From Patescibacteria group bacterium (GTDB taxonomy: Bacteria; Patescibacteriota; Patescibacteriia; Patescibacteriales; UBA12465): a stretch of 64,000 nt of DNA. Where the stretch lies: NCBI GenBank assembly GCA_041649315.1, contig JBAZNJ010000001.1, positions 5,869 through 69,868 of the forward strand, in the 5' to 3' direction. A program made the position numbers and the translations under genes. Below, piece after piece: positions 37,400-46,538 of the stretch (the first letter of the stretch is position 1; the number at the start of each line of letters is the position of its first letter). The notes below the pieces were generated by a model. The model saw nothing but the letters and a program-made list of their open reading frames with translations. It was not told where the DNA came from and made no database searches.

Positions 37400-38119
37400 T
37401 TATTTATAACCCCTTCTTAATTGACTCGCTAAACCTTTAAATGTAAATATAAATAAAAACAAGTCTTTTAGTAATAAAATTAAAACAAACAAGAATAATT
37501 TATTAAAAACAACAAGACATGCTATAAGAGCACAGGAGAATCCTCGATCCCATTTTATATATTTTCTAAGATCAATATTCGAAATAAATTTTGTAATTCT
37601 TCTTAAATTATTCACCGTGCTATTATTTCCCTCCCCATTTACCTTATTATCAATATATAAAGATAAATAGGTGATAATCAAAAAAACTACATACAAATAA
37701 ATTAACAAAGAACCTTGACTAGAAACTAAATAGTAACCATGAATAATCGCTCCAACTAAAATAACATCGGATACCCTGTCTAAAAATGGGTCTAAAAATG
37801 CTCCAAATTTAGACTTTCTGTTAGTAAGTCTGGCGACCTCTCCGTCTGACATGTCGAGAATGGAAGCAAAAAAATAAAAAACTAAACCTAAAACATTATT
37901 AGGATACCCTCCAAGAAAAAACCAATACGCGGCACCCAAATTCATAATAAATGAAAAAAACGTTATCTTATTTGGGGAAATATCAAAAGAAGCAAAAACC
38001 CAGGAAAAATATATAGATATCTTTCTAAATATAAAAACATTAAAAAACCCTTCAGATAAACCATCCTTAACTGAAGACTGTTTGTAAACTTCTTTTAAAT
38101 CCTTTTTTAATATTTTCAT
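37400..38119 (-). CDS. CDP-alcohol phosphotransferase family membrane enzyme
   Basis: Complete motif [27 protein letters not shown] (DGx2ARx8Gx3Dx3D). About 6 TMs. Confidence 0.85.
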   Translation of the reverse strand: MKILKKDLKEVYKQSSVKDGLSEGFFNVFIFRKISIYFSWVFASFDISPNKITFFSFIMNLGAAYWFFLGGYPNNVLGLVFYFFASILDMSDGEVARLTNRKSKFGAFLDPFLDRVSDVILVGAIIHGYYLVSSQGSLLIYLYVVFLIITYLSLYIDNKVNGEGNNSTVNNLRRITKFISNIDLRKYIKWDRGFSCALIACLVVFNKLFLFVLILLLKDLFLFIFTFKGLASQLRRGYK

Positions 38120-38149
38120 TTTTTATCTATAACTAAGTGCTTTAAGTAG

Positions 38150-40744
38150 TTAATTATTTTTCACTCTCTTCAATAAGCCCCAGCCAAAACATCCCAAACA
38201 GCTCAACAGAACAGCCCCCGATACAAATGAACCTAATATAAAAAACCTCTGCGGCCAAAATTCAATTACCAGCTCAAAATCATAACTGCCGTCGGGATTC
38301 TTAACACATTTTATATTATCAGCGCAAATCTCCTCCGGATTGATGAACCAAGAATTAGCATAGCCGTTAACCATTAAATGATTCTCGTTATTATTAATCG
38401 GTTTTTTAAACCAGGTTTCATAAAAACGGCCGGACGTTAAATTATCATTTTGAATCGTATCCTGAAAATTCTTGGAAACAAAATCAATCTTATAGGGTTC
38501 ATTATAATCTAAAACTTCCTTATTATTTTCCCATTTAATATGTTTGATATTCTTCTCTTCAAAGTCTCCTAAAGTAGAAATATATCCCTGGTTAATAAAT
38601 TCTTTTAATTCATTAGCATCGGCCTGATCCTCATCATTGCCGTCTAAAATCTTATAATCAGTTTCATTAAAATCAATATCTTTTTTCTTATAATCAGCTA
38701 AATAGCTTTTCCAGCCCTCATGAAAGGACTCGCTAAAAACCAAAGGGAAATCTTCCGTGGCGCCATGGACAACCACGCGGTATTTAGTCGGATTTATTTT
38801 TTTGAATTCAAGTACTGGCACTTTACTTATTACCTCTTTTTGTAGTTCATTATAAAACATTGGAGAGAATGCTGTATCTACTGTATTGAATGAAAAATTG
38901 GCCATAATATTATCTCGAGTATTATTGAAATATATAGCCAACCTAATGTCGCTGTTTTCTTGCAAAACTATTTCCGGCAAAATTTCTAAATCTTTAGGAG
39001 TAACAAAAATAATCTCAGGCGCATAAAAATGAGGTAAAAAAACTCTATTTTGAAAAATATAAATATTGTCAAAACTTTTATATTTATTAATATAATGTTC
39101 TCCCTCTAAAGACTTTATAAAAATCTCGGAATTATCATTTAAAGGATCATCTATATCTAAATTAAGAATTAAATACTTAATGTTAATTAAATTTAATACT
39201 CCTCCTAATTCCATAAATCGCATTTCTGCTAGAATATTATTCAATTCTTTAGAAATACGTTGGGGCGACCCCAGACCACTTTGATAAAAAGTGATACTAC
39301 CGGGATGGAATGAATAAATGGAAAAAAGATTTCTTGCCCCGCGAAAAATACCATTGAATTCAAGATTATTTTTTATTTCCATGACTTCGCCAAGAGGTAA
39401 ATAAAGAATCTTACCGTCTAGCTTTAAATCATTCGCCAAATTCTCTACTTGAAAATTCCCTTTCGGGAAATTATAAGTTCGCAATCGAATATCCGAGCCA
39501 AACTTAGGATCACCAACTATATATCCTAAAAAAAACGGTAAAGTATTTATAATAGCTGAAAAACACAAAATAAATGATAAAACTATTAAATACTTCTTCC
39601 TGGATTGAAATAAAAATTGAAGTAATAATATAAACAAAACCACATATGCCAATGAAGATAAAATTGAAAATCTGGCTACATCTCTTATTAGATTAGAAAA
39701 AGGAATTTCCGCAATCAAGCCTGGCCCAATTGTAAATAAAAGGGGGGGTATTAAATATATAAAAACTAAAGAAATTACTATCTTTTTATTCCTCAAAAAT
39801 AACAATGATAAAATTATTATTATCGGTTCTAAAAAAGAAAAAAATTCAAGAAATTTCGGATAACTGACTTCATACTGATAATTTACTACACTTCCCCACG
39901 ACCGTAGAAGATTAAGATAATTTAAACGAACCCACGTCCCCCTACTCATCTCATTAGTTACCAAATCGGATCCCAAAACGCTCGACGCAGGGCTAACAAA
40001 CAAGGGGATTAACCACATAGCATGTAAACCTAGCCCGACGATAAAGACAATTGCAAGAGATCTACTATATACCCAAAAAGTTTTTTTGTTATTAATTAGA
40101 AAGAAAGACAACATTAACAAGACTAAAGGGTACCAAATAATACTCTGGGATTGAATAATTGCTATGGCGTATAAAAACCCGGAAATTAGAGAATAACGAA
40201 TTTTATTTTCCAAAACCGACCTGATAAAAAATAAAATAATTATTGGTAGAATGGCTAAGGAAAACAAAACATACGTCCAGCCCATAATAGAATAGTTAAA
40301 AAAAACAGGGGTAGTAATAAAAACGAGCCCACCAAATAAAGATATCCATTTATCACATTTCAAAAATCTGGCCAACGAATACATAGAGCATCCGCCTAAA
40401 ACAAAAAGTCCCAACAACCATAATTTTAAAATAAGCTGCCCGCCCAAACCCACTAATGACAAAATTTTTACCAAACCCTGAAACCATAATGCAATCGAAA
40501 ATGGTTGTCTGCCACCTAGTAAATTATTTTGGTTTGTCCATGTAGTAAATCCATTGGAAAAATAAGCTTGAATCTGTTGGTTGGTAAAAGGAAGACTCCA
40601 ATCACTTCCAATAATTACCCCGGGCGAAAATAAAACTCCACGTAAAAAAATTACTCCAAAAAAAATAAAAAACAAAACTGGAAAAATCTCTATAAAGATC
40701 TTTCTTAATGATTCGGCTATTTTGGAATCCAAAAATTTTAACAT
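38150..40744 (-). CDS. very large polytopic membrane protein with extracytoplasmic C-terminal domain (possible GT-C glycosyltransferase/polymerase)
   Basis: The ORF-track start at 40747 is a TTG, and the adjacent ATG at 40744 is preferred. It has about 14 N-terminal TMs, a roughly 400-aa soluble region and a final C-terminal TM. The sequence is AT-rich. Confidence 0.7.
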   Translation of the reverse strand: MLKFLDSKIAESLRKIFIEIFPVLFFIFFGVIFLRGVLFSPGVIIGSDWSLPFTNQQIQAYFSNGFTTWTNQNNLLGGRQPFSIALWFQGLVKILSLVGLGGQLILKLWLLGLFVLGGCSMYSLARFLKCDKWISLFGGLVFITTPVFFNYSIMGWTYVLFSLAILPIIILFFIRSVLENKIRYSLISGFLYAIAIIQSQSIIWYPLVLLMLSFFLINNKKTFWVYSRSLAIVFIVGLGLHAMWLIPLFVSPASSVLGSDLVTNEMSRGTWVRLNYLNLLRSWGSVVNYQYEVSYPKFLEFFSFLEPIIIILSLLFLRNKKIVISLVFIYLIPPLLFTIGPGLIAEIPFSNLIRDVARFSILSSLAYVVLFILLLQFLFQSRKKYLIVLSFILCFSAIINTLPFFLGYIVGDPKFGSDIRLRTYNFPKGNFQVENLANDLKLDGKILYLPLGEVMEIKNNLEFNGIFRGARNLFSIYSFHPGSITFYQSGLGSPQRISKELNNILAEMRFMELGGVLNLINIKYLILNLDIDDPLNDNSEIFIKSLEGEHYINKYKSFDNIYIFQNRVFLPHFYAPEIIFVTPKDLEILPEIVLQENSDIRLAIYFNNTRDNIMANFSFNTVDTAFSPMFYNELQKEVISKVPVLEFKKINPTKYRVVVHGATEDFPLVFSESFHEGWKSYLADYKKKDIDFNETDYKILDGNDEDQADANELKEFINQGYISTLGDFEEKNIKHIKWENNKEVLDYNEPYKIDFVSKNFQDTIQNDNLTSGRFYETWFKKPINNNENHLMVNGYANSWFINPEEICADNIKCVKNPDGSYDFELVIEFWPQRFFILGSFVSGAVLLSCLGCFGWGLLKRVKNN

Positions 40745-40750
40745 CAAAAA

Positions 40751-41572
40751 TTACTTCTTAGAATTACTTAAACCCACTTTTGTTATTTCCGCTCCAAGAT
40801 CCCGATAAAAAATTGGGCCCACTCTAGGCAAGCAACCCAATAAAGAAAATAATTTAATTATTACGCTTGGGCTAGAATTAAAAAGCCACACTTTCCCATT
40901 AAAACCCAACCGATCAATAAGATTACTAAAGTATTCTTTTGACCATTTAAAATAGTGCTCATCATGAAAAATAGACCCCGTATTTAAAACCCTAAATACC
41001 AATACACCTAACCAATCGGAATTATCAGTATACACTCTTACCGTATCCTTGCATACTCTAAAATGTTCCTTAATCATTTCTGTCGGAAATAAATTGTGTT
41101 CGATAACATAAGCGCTCCTCACTATGTCAAAAGAATTATTTTTAAAAGGCAGCAGCTCCGCTGAAGCCAGAACAAAATTTTTAGGAAGAGGGTCAGGAAT
41201 ATACACGTCAACATTAAAATCACCCTGGGCTTTGCCTCCGCAACCTACATCCAACATAGTTTTCTTCACTTTTTTATCTACTACCCTCCCCGAGCCCATC
41301 CCAAACCTTATAAGATTAACGAAAAAATTTGGGGTCCATTTTCTGCGGCCAGGTCGCCAGCGCCCCGTATTCTCCATAGTTTCTGTTATAATCCCTAAAT
41401 CTTTGATTTTTTCATAACCACGCAAACCATCTGGCAAAAAATCAGCCACACAACCCTTTATAACTGGGTAATGACGTTGACATTTTTTACACTCAAAATA
41501 ATCATTGCCTTGCAAAATAACCTCGCTATGATCATAAGGGCAGACCAATTTATTAATAATTTCTTCATTCAT
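40751..41572 (-). CDS. class I SAM-dependent methyltransferase with N-terminal Trm112-like zinc ribbon
   Basis: CPYDHSEV...CKKCQRHYPVIKGCVADFLP (zinc ribbon) and LDVGCGGKAQGDFNVD (motif I). Confidence 0.8.
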   Translation of the reverse strand: MNEEIINKLVCPYDHSEVILQGNDYFECKKCQRHYPVIKGCVADFLPDGLRGYEKIKDLGIITETMENTGRWRPGRRKWTPNFFVNLIRFGMGSGRVVDKKVKKTMLDVGCGGKAQGDFNVDVYIPDPLPKNFVLASAELLPFKNNSFDIVRSAYVIEHNLFPTEMIKEHFRVCKDTVRVYTDNSDWLGVLVFRVLNTGSIFHDEHYFKWSKEYFSNLIDRLGFNGKVWLFNSSPSVIIKLFSLLGCLPRVGPIFYRDLGAEITKVGLSNSKK

Positions 41573-41582
41573 ATATTTTTAA

Positions 41583-42428
41583 TTAATATTCTCCAGTAAA
41601 ATGCACCCCCTTAGCAGTAAAACTAAGATGTTTCAACATCCACGCCTCAACTTCATAAATTATATTAATTGGGAATAATAATAATAACCAAAGTTTATTC
41701 AAAACAATCCAAAGATTACTAATCTTGCCTTGGACTCCGGAACCACAAGAGCTCCGAAATTTTCTTTGCACACTTGAATTAAAAATAGAAATAAATTTTT
41801 TTGGCAAATAAAGGGTGAGTAAATGAAATAATTGGGAAATCCAATGGTCACTATACGTAATTACAGTTTTCGAAAAATATGGACAAACAAGGTTCTTTAT
41901 ATCTTTTTGAGTAAAATATTGAATATGACCAAAATTATTTCTCGTAAAATCTCGAAGATTTAAAAAATTGGTTACTCTTAAAAATTTATCCAATGTAAAC
42001 GGTTGCCCCTCACAAGGTACATAAAAATGAAATAGCCCAGATGGCGATAAAACCCTTTTAACCTCAATAATTGCTTGTTGTGGGTTACTTAAATGTTCTA
42101 AAACATCCATAATTACAACGGCGTCAAAAAAGTTGTCTTGAAATGGTATTTTTTCAGCGCTACCCACCAAAAAGGTCCCCTCAATAGATTTATCTTCTTT
42201 TGCAATACAAATTGCCGTATGACTTATATCTACTCCGTACAATATAGCATCTGGACGTAACCTTGAAATTTTCTTTAAAAATCTTCCTTGCCCCATGCCA
42301 ATTTCTAAAATCCTAGGGTTCTTTAAATTTTTAATCGCATTAATAAATCTTTTAGTTCTCTTGTCCATCTTAAAATCAAAAGCGGTGGAAACGCCCTGTG
42401 AATTTTTTTCATAATTATACTCAACCAT
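41583..42428 (-). CDS. class I SAM-dependent methyltransferase
   Basis: RILEIGMGQGRFL (motif I), FFDAVVIMDVLEHL, LSPSGLFHFYVP. Confidence 0.8.
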   Translation of the reverse strand: MVEYNYEKNSQGVSTAFDFKMDKRTKRFINAIKNLKNPRILEIGMGQGRFLKKISRLRPDAILYGVDISHTAICIAKEDKSIEGTFLVGSAEKIPFQDNFFDAVVIMDVLEHLSNPQQAIIEVKRVLSPSGLFHFYVPCEGQPFTLDKFLRVTNFLNLRDFTRNNFGHIQYFTQKDIKNLVCPYFSKTVITYSDHWISQLFHLLTLYLPKKFISIFNSSVQRKFRSSCGSGVQGKISNLWIVLNKLWLLLLFPINIIYEVEAWMLKHLSFTAKGVHFTGEY

Positions 42429-42429
42429 A

Positions 42430-43656
42430 CTAAATTGTGTTATATATTATTTCTAAATCTCTTTTGGCAATATCAAACCAATTAAATTGTTCGGCAAAAA
42501 TTATACTTTTATTGCGTAGTTGTCTGCGAATATCCTCATCGATCAAAAGAAATTTAATTTTATTAATTACAGAATTAATATCTCCAATTTTATTTTTTTG
42601 CAGAATATCTTCTCTATATATATGATTATAAATCGCTAAATCATATGTAATAGCAGGTAAACCACACGCTAAAGCCTCCATTAAACTAATCCCCCAACTT
42701 TCATCAGCGTTTACTTTACTTAAAAAAATAAAAATTTTACTACTTCTAAAAATTTCATATTTTTTATTACCACTAACATATCCAAAATAATCAATATTTT
42801 CCTCCAAATTACCATCCTTGATTTTATTTAAAAATTTTTTTACAACGTCTTCGCGCCCTGTACCCATAACCGCTAATTTAGCATTTGGAATAATCTTAAT
42901 TATTCCCGACCAAACAGACAAAAGATCAAATATACCTTTATTCTCAGTGATTCTTCCCATATAAACTCCATCGTATATTTTTTCTTTTCTAGCTAAAACT
43001 TTATTAATTTTATCCATAAACAATCCGTTTTGCGTTAAAAAAATTTTTTTTTCATCAATACCTTGTTTAACTATTTCTTTTTTTAACTCTGGATTAACAG
43101 TAAAAATAATTGAAGTAAAACGACTTATAATTTTAACTACAAACTTAGATTCTAAATGCGTAATTGTATTTATAAAAATATTGCCGGAACGTTGAGATGG
43201 TTTCGGGACTATGCTATCTATCATTAAAATAAAATGACGACATTTTCCAAATAACTTTAAAAATAAAATCGGTATTACGTCCACTAATAAAGCCGAGTTA
43301 GCATAACAAACATCAAATTTTGGTATATTTTTAAAAAGTAAAATCGGAGAAAATAATACTCTAATAAAATAAGAAAAAATTATACCAAATCCAGATGAGC
43401 GCATTTTAGAAGAAAAGGGTAATGTAATAATTTTTACTTTTTTTGAATTTGTACTTATACTACTCATCTCACTGCGAGTCGCATCTTTAATTAACTGCGG
43501 AATTAATAAAAAAACTTCACTTTTTTCAATCACCCACCCCAAACATCTACCAATAGTTTTATCAGAACAATAAACACCGACACCACCTAAATTAACATAC
43601 AACATTTTTAACTTTTTTTTTGAAATATTAAGTTCTGAAATTATATTTTTATTCAT
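42430..43656 (-). CDS. glycosyltransferase family 1 (GT4-type)
   Basis: C-terminus ADESWGISLMEALACGLPAITYDLAIYNHIY matches the GT-B E-x7-E region. Confidence 0.8.
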   Translation of the reverse strand: MNKNIISELNISKKKLKMLYVNLGGVGVYCSDKTIGRCLGWVIEKSEVFLLIPQLIKDATRSEMSSISTNSKKVKIITLPFSSKMRSSGFGIIFSYFIRVLFSPILLFKNIPKFDVCYANSALLVDVIPILFLKLFGKCRHFILMIDSIVPKPSQRSGNIFINTITHLESKFVVKIISRFTSIIFTVNPELKKEIVKQGIDEKKIFLTQNGLFMDKINKVLARKEKIYDGVYMGRITENKGIFDLLSVWSGIIKIIPNAKLAVMGTGREDVVKKFLNKIKDGNLEENIDYFGYVSGNKKYEIFRSSKIFIFLSKVNADESWGISLMEALACGLPAITYDLAIYNHIYREDILQKNKIGDINSVINKIKFLLIDEDIRRQLRNKSIIFAEQFNWFDIAKRDLEIIYNTI

Positions 43657-44350
43657 GATATTTCTTCCTAAATTTTATAAAAATATTAGTAAATCCTTTT
43701 TCTTGTCTATACTCTTCATCTTGTTTTTTATTAAATAAATCTTCAAAAAAGGGCGCTCTTCTAAAGATCCATTTGGCAATATATAAATTATTTATTCCTA
43801 AAATTTCCCACCAGCCACCATTTAAAACAATTTTTTCAATTTTGAAGCCATTGTTTTCAGCAAATTTTATTAAGTCATTTTTTTTATAATGCCGGTGACC
43901 AATTAACCACCATGCAGGATCAAATATATTAGAAAAAAAATTATTATAAGGGGTGCTTAAATAAAAAACTCCATTATTTTTTAAAACTCTCTTAACTTCC
44001 CTAAACATTATATTTTCAGTATTCTTTGGTATATGTTCAATAACTTCCCATGAGACAATTGAATCAAATTCATTATCATTAAAAGGCAACTGAATAGCAC
44101 TACCAGTTTTAAATTCTATTCTATCATTATCTATATTTTCTTTCGCGGTTTTTAAATCTTCTCCGGATATTTCTATCCCTATTATCTTACTGCAGCCCCT
44201 CTTTACTGCGCTCAATTCAAACCAACCATAACCACACCCTACATCTAAAACTGTTTTATTTTTTATGTCGGAATCATCAACAAAAATAGTATTAAATAAA
44301 GTTCGCCCATGTAATTCTGTTGCTGGCTTTTCATTTATTATATTTTCCAT
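43649..44350 (-). CDS. class I SAM-dependent methyltransferase
   Basis: VLDVGCGYGWFEL (motif I), FDSIVSWEVIEHI, LKNNGVFYLSTP. Confidence 0.8.
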   Translation of the reverse strand: MENIINEKPATELHGRTLFNTIFVDDSDIKNKTVLDVGCGYGWFELSAVKRGCSKIIGIEISGEDLKTAKENIDNDRIEFKTGSAIQLPFNDNEFDSIVSWEVIEHIPKNTENIMFREVKRVLKNNGVFYLSTPYNNFFSNIFDPAWWLIGHRHYKKNDLIKFAENNGFKIEKIVLNGGWWEILGINNLYIAKWIFRRAPFFEDLFNKKQDEEYRQEKGFTNIFIKFRKKYHE

Positions 44351-44351
44351 C

Positions 44352-45245
44352 TTATTTCCCTCTAATTAAATAAATAACCCCCACCATCCCTCTTAAAAAA
44401 TACATTCCTAAAGTTAAGAGCGGATGTGCCAATAACTTGCGCCATTTCCCTTTTTCCAAAAATACTCCGAAAAAGCGATATTTGAAACCTAACTGTTTCT
44501 TAATATCCGGATCATTCTTACCCCATTTACTAATATAAGCGTCAAAACTTTTTGCGTAATAGTCTTTCTTTTTTAAATACTTCCTCAAATTAAATTCTGA
44601 TTCGTTATGATAAATTACCGTCTGATACTTGGCCGGATTAACCCCCTTCTCCTTAATTAAAGCGCTTAAGGGCCATTCCTCTACCGCGATTCCCCGGCCG
44701 GCCGGCACTAAGGCAATCTGCCCGATTTGTTTTATTTTCTTATCAATATCCCAATCCTCCGGACCGCTCATACTTTCGTCAAATCCGCCGACCTCTACAA
44801 ATCTATCTTTACGAAAAAACCTGGCACCATCAATTACTGTCCCGTCATAAAAAGATCGCTCAAAACGCCTCACCCGGCTCCAAAAATTCCGGCCTAAGAC
44901 GATTTCGCTGATATGGAGGGCTGAGCAATTTTCTTTATTTATAAACTCCACGCAATCGCCGATTAGCCCTGGCGACAAAATCATATCGGCATCAACAAAC
45001 ATCACATACTCACCATTACTCTTTTCAATCATCCCGTAATTCCTCTGTGCACTCCGCTCCGGTCCTTTATCATATACTTTATCCGTATACTCCCCCACTA
45101 TCTCCTTAGTTCGGTCACTGGAGCCATTATCAACAACAATAATCTCAATATTATTATAACCCTGGACATTGATTGAGCGCAAGCAATTTTCTATATTTTT
45201 TTCTTCATTTTTGGTGGTAATAACTACCGAAACTAATGGGCTCAT
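44352..45245 (-). CDS. glycosyltransferase family 2
   Basis: MSPLVSVVITTKNEEKNIENCLRSI...IIVVDNGSSDRT...FVDADM (GT-A DxD). The ORF-track start at 45317 is a TTG. The ATG at 45245 is preferred because both fossil stubs at 46538 and 46713 start at the homologous Met. Confidence 0.85.
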   Translation of the reverse strand: MSPLVSVVITTKNEEKNIENCLRSINVQGYNNIEIIVVDNGSSDRTKEIVGEYTDKVYDKGPERSAQRNYGMIEKSNGEYVMFVDADMILSPGLIGDCVEFINKENCSALHISEIVLGRNFWSRVRRFERSFYDGTVIDGARFFRKDRFVEVGGFDESMSGPEDWDIDKKIKQIGQIALVPAGRGIAVEEWPLSALIKEKGVNPAKYQTVIYHNESEFNLRKYLKKKDYYAKSFDAYISKWGKNDPDIKKQLGFKYRFFGVFLEKGKWRKLLAHPLLTLGMYFLRGMVGVIYLIRGK

Positions 45246-45310
45246 GATTTTGTTATTATTTATTGTTAGGCTCCTAATAGCACTTCCGACTACACTTTTT
45301 AACTCATTCT

Positions 45311-46237
45311 TTAACAAAGCTTACTCTTTAAAAAAATATTCTCAAAATTATTTGCTCTTTCATCATCATCTTTTATTTTTATATATTCCATATCACACTT
45401 AATAACTTTATCTTTAAAGAAAAAATTGACAAACATTATAATAGCTAAATTGTTTTTGGGAATCCCATTTTTTATCTCATCAAGCTTGGTTTTTATATAA
45501 GATAAACTATAATGATAAGAACTGCTTTCAGAAAGGTCAACAATTAAAATAGATGAATTTCTGGCGGCTGATCTAGTATTTTTATTTAAAATAACCTCTA
45601 TTATGTCCAACCGTTTTTCCATAAACCAAAGTTTTAAATTATAATCAGTCCTACTGCTCAAACAAACAGTACTCCAAATATTATCTGGCAGCAAAGATGC
45701 AACCAAGTCGCCCTTCTCCCTTAACGTCATCTCATAGTATTCATTAGAAATCACATTTTTTTCTAAAAGTACTGGAAAATCTCGCTTTAAAGAGGCTAAT
45801 ATTATTTTAGGTTCATTGGATTTTAATTTAATCTCTATTTCAAAATCTCTATAGCCCGATAAATCGCACTGATCTATAAATTTTTCAATTTTTGACAGTA
45901 ATAAATTATTATCATCTCCAATTCTAATTAATTCTATACCCATTCCATCATTAAGTAAAAAATCTAAAGGTGGATTACTAAGCTCTAAACCATTAAGAAT
46001 TCCTCTTTCTTTAAATTTATAAGCTAAAAGTAATTGAGTAAAACATCTATTAATATTGGCATTGCCATTTCGAAAATCTTTTACCAAATTATCACATACA
46101 AGTTTCACTCCCGGCACATCCGCCAACTCGTCGATACAGGAACACAGGCCGGCATAATATTCTGATTTATTTAATTGCAATTTCCCAATTATAAAATCGA
46201 GATCGTCCTTATTTATCAATTTATATATTCTATTCAT
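45311..46237 (-). CDS. hypothetical protein (308 aa), no recognisable domain
   Basis: ATG start, AT-rich, cytoplasmic-looking with no TM. It is bounded on both sides by copies of the GT2 5' repeat. Confidence 0.6.
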   Translation of the reverse strand: MNRIYKLINKDDLDFIIGKLQLNKSEYYAGLCSCIDELADVPGVKLVCDNLVKDFRNGNANINRCFTQLLLAYKFKERGILNGLELSNPPLDFLLNDGMGIELIRIGDDNNLLLSKIEKFIDQCDLSGYRDFEIEIKLKSNEPKIILASLKRDFPVLLEKNVISNEYYEMTLREKGDLVASLLPDNIWSTVCLSSRTDYNLKLWFMEKRLDIIEVILNKNTRSAARNSSILIVDLSESSSYHYSLSYIKTKLDEIKNGIPKNNLAIIMFVNFFFKDKVIKCDMEYIKIKDDDERANNFENIFLKSKLC

Positions 46238-46261
46238 GTCTTCTTTAATATTTTCATAAAA

Positions 46262-46384
46262 CTATCGATCCCAAAAAACTATATCTCCTAAATTATCCAC
46301 TATTTCTTTCCGAGATATAGAAGGGCTTTTTTCTATCAAATCTATAATTTTCAGGGACATTTTCAGGGACATTTTCAGGGGCAT
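46262..46384 (-). pseudogene. 40-codon fragment resembling the start of a winged-HTH protein
   Basis: Manual translation: MPLKMSLKMSLKIIDLIEKSPSISRKEIVDNLGDIVFWDR*. The HTH-like helix pair is truncated before a recognition helix. The N-terminus is encoded by the 12-nt tandem repeat. Confidence 0.3.
46347..46382. repeat. 12-nt tandem repeat x3 (attttcagggac)
   Basis: Units at 46347..46358, 46359..46370 and 46371..46382 (the last reads attttcaggggc). The array is flanked by 19-nt direct repeats ttttttctatcaa(a/c)tctat at 46327..46345 and 46392..46410. Confidence 0.9.
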
Positions 46385-46490
46385 AGAAAAATTTTTTCTA
46401 TCAACTCTATTCTTTCTCCTTCTTTTTAAATTATTCTGAATTTCCGAATAATTGCTAAATAATTAATTTCTCCTTTGTTTATAATATTTT

Positions 46491-46538
46491 TTAAATGTCA
46501 TTTTTTGTGGTAATGACTACCGAAACAAGAGGATTCAT
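46491..46538 (-). pseudogene. fossil 5' stub of a GT2 gene (15 codons then stop)
   Basis: ATGAATCCTCTTGTTTCGGTAGTCATTACCACAAAAAATGACATTTAA encodes MNPLVSVVITTKNDI*. This is homologous to the start of the intact GT2 at 45245. Confidence 0.55.

Noticed and set aside
45246-45317. Longer N-terminus of the GT2 gene (MLKNELKSVVGSAIRSLTINNNKI-)
   Set aside because: That start codon is a TTG overlapping the upstream gene. Both fossil stubs and typical GT2 proteins start at the Met immediately before PLVSVVITTKN, so the ATG at 45245 is preferred.
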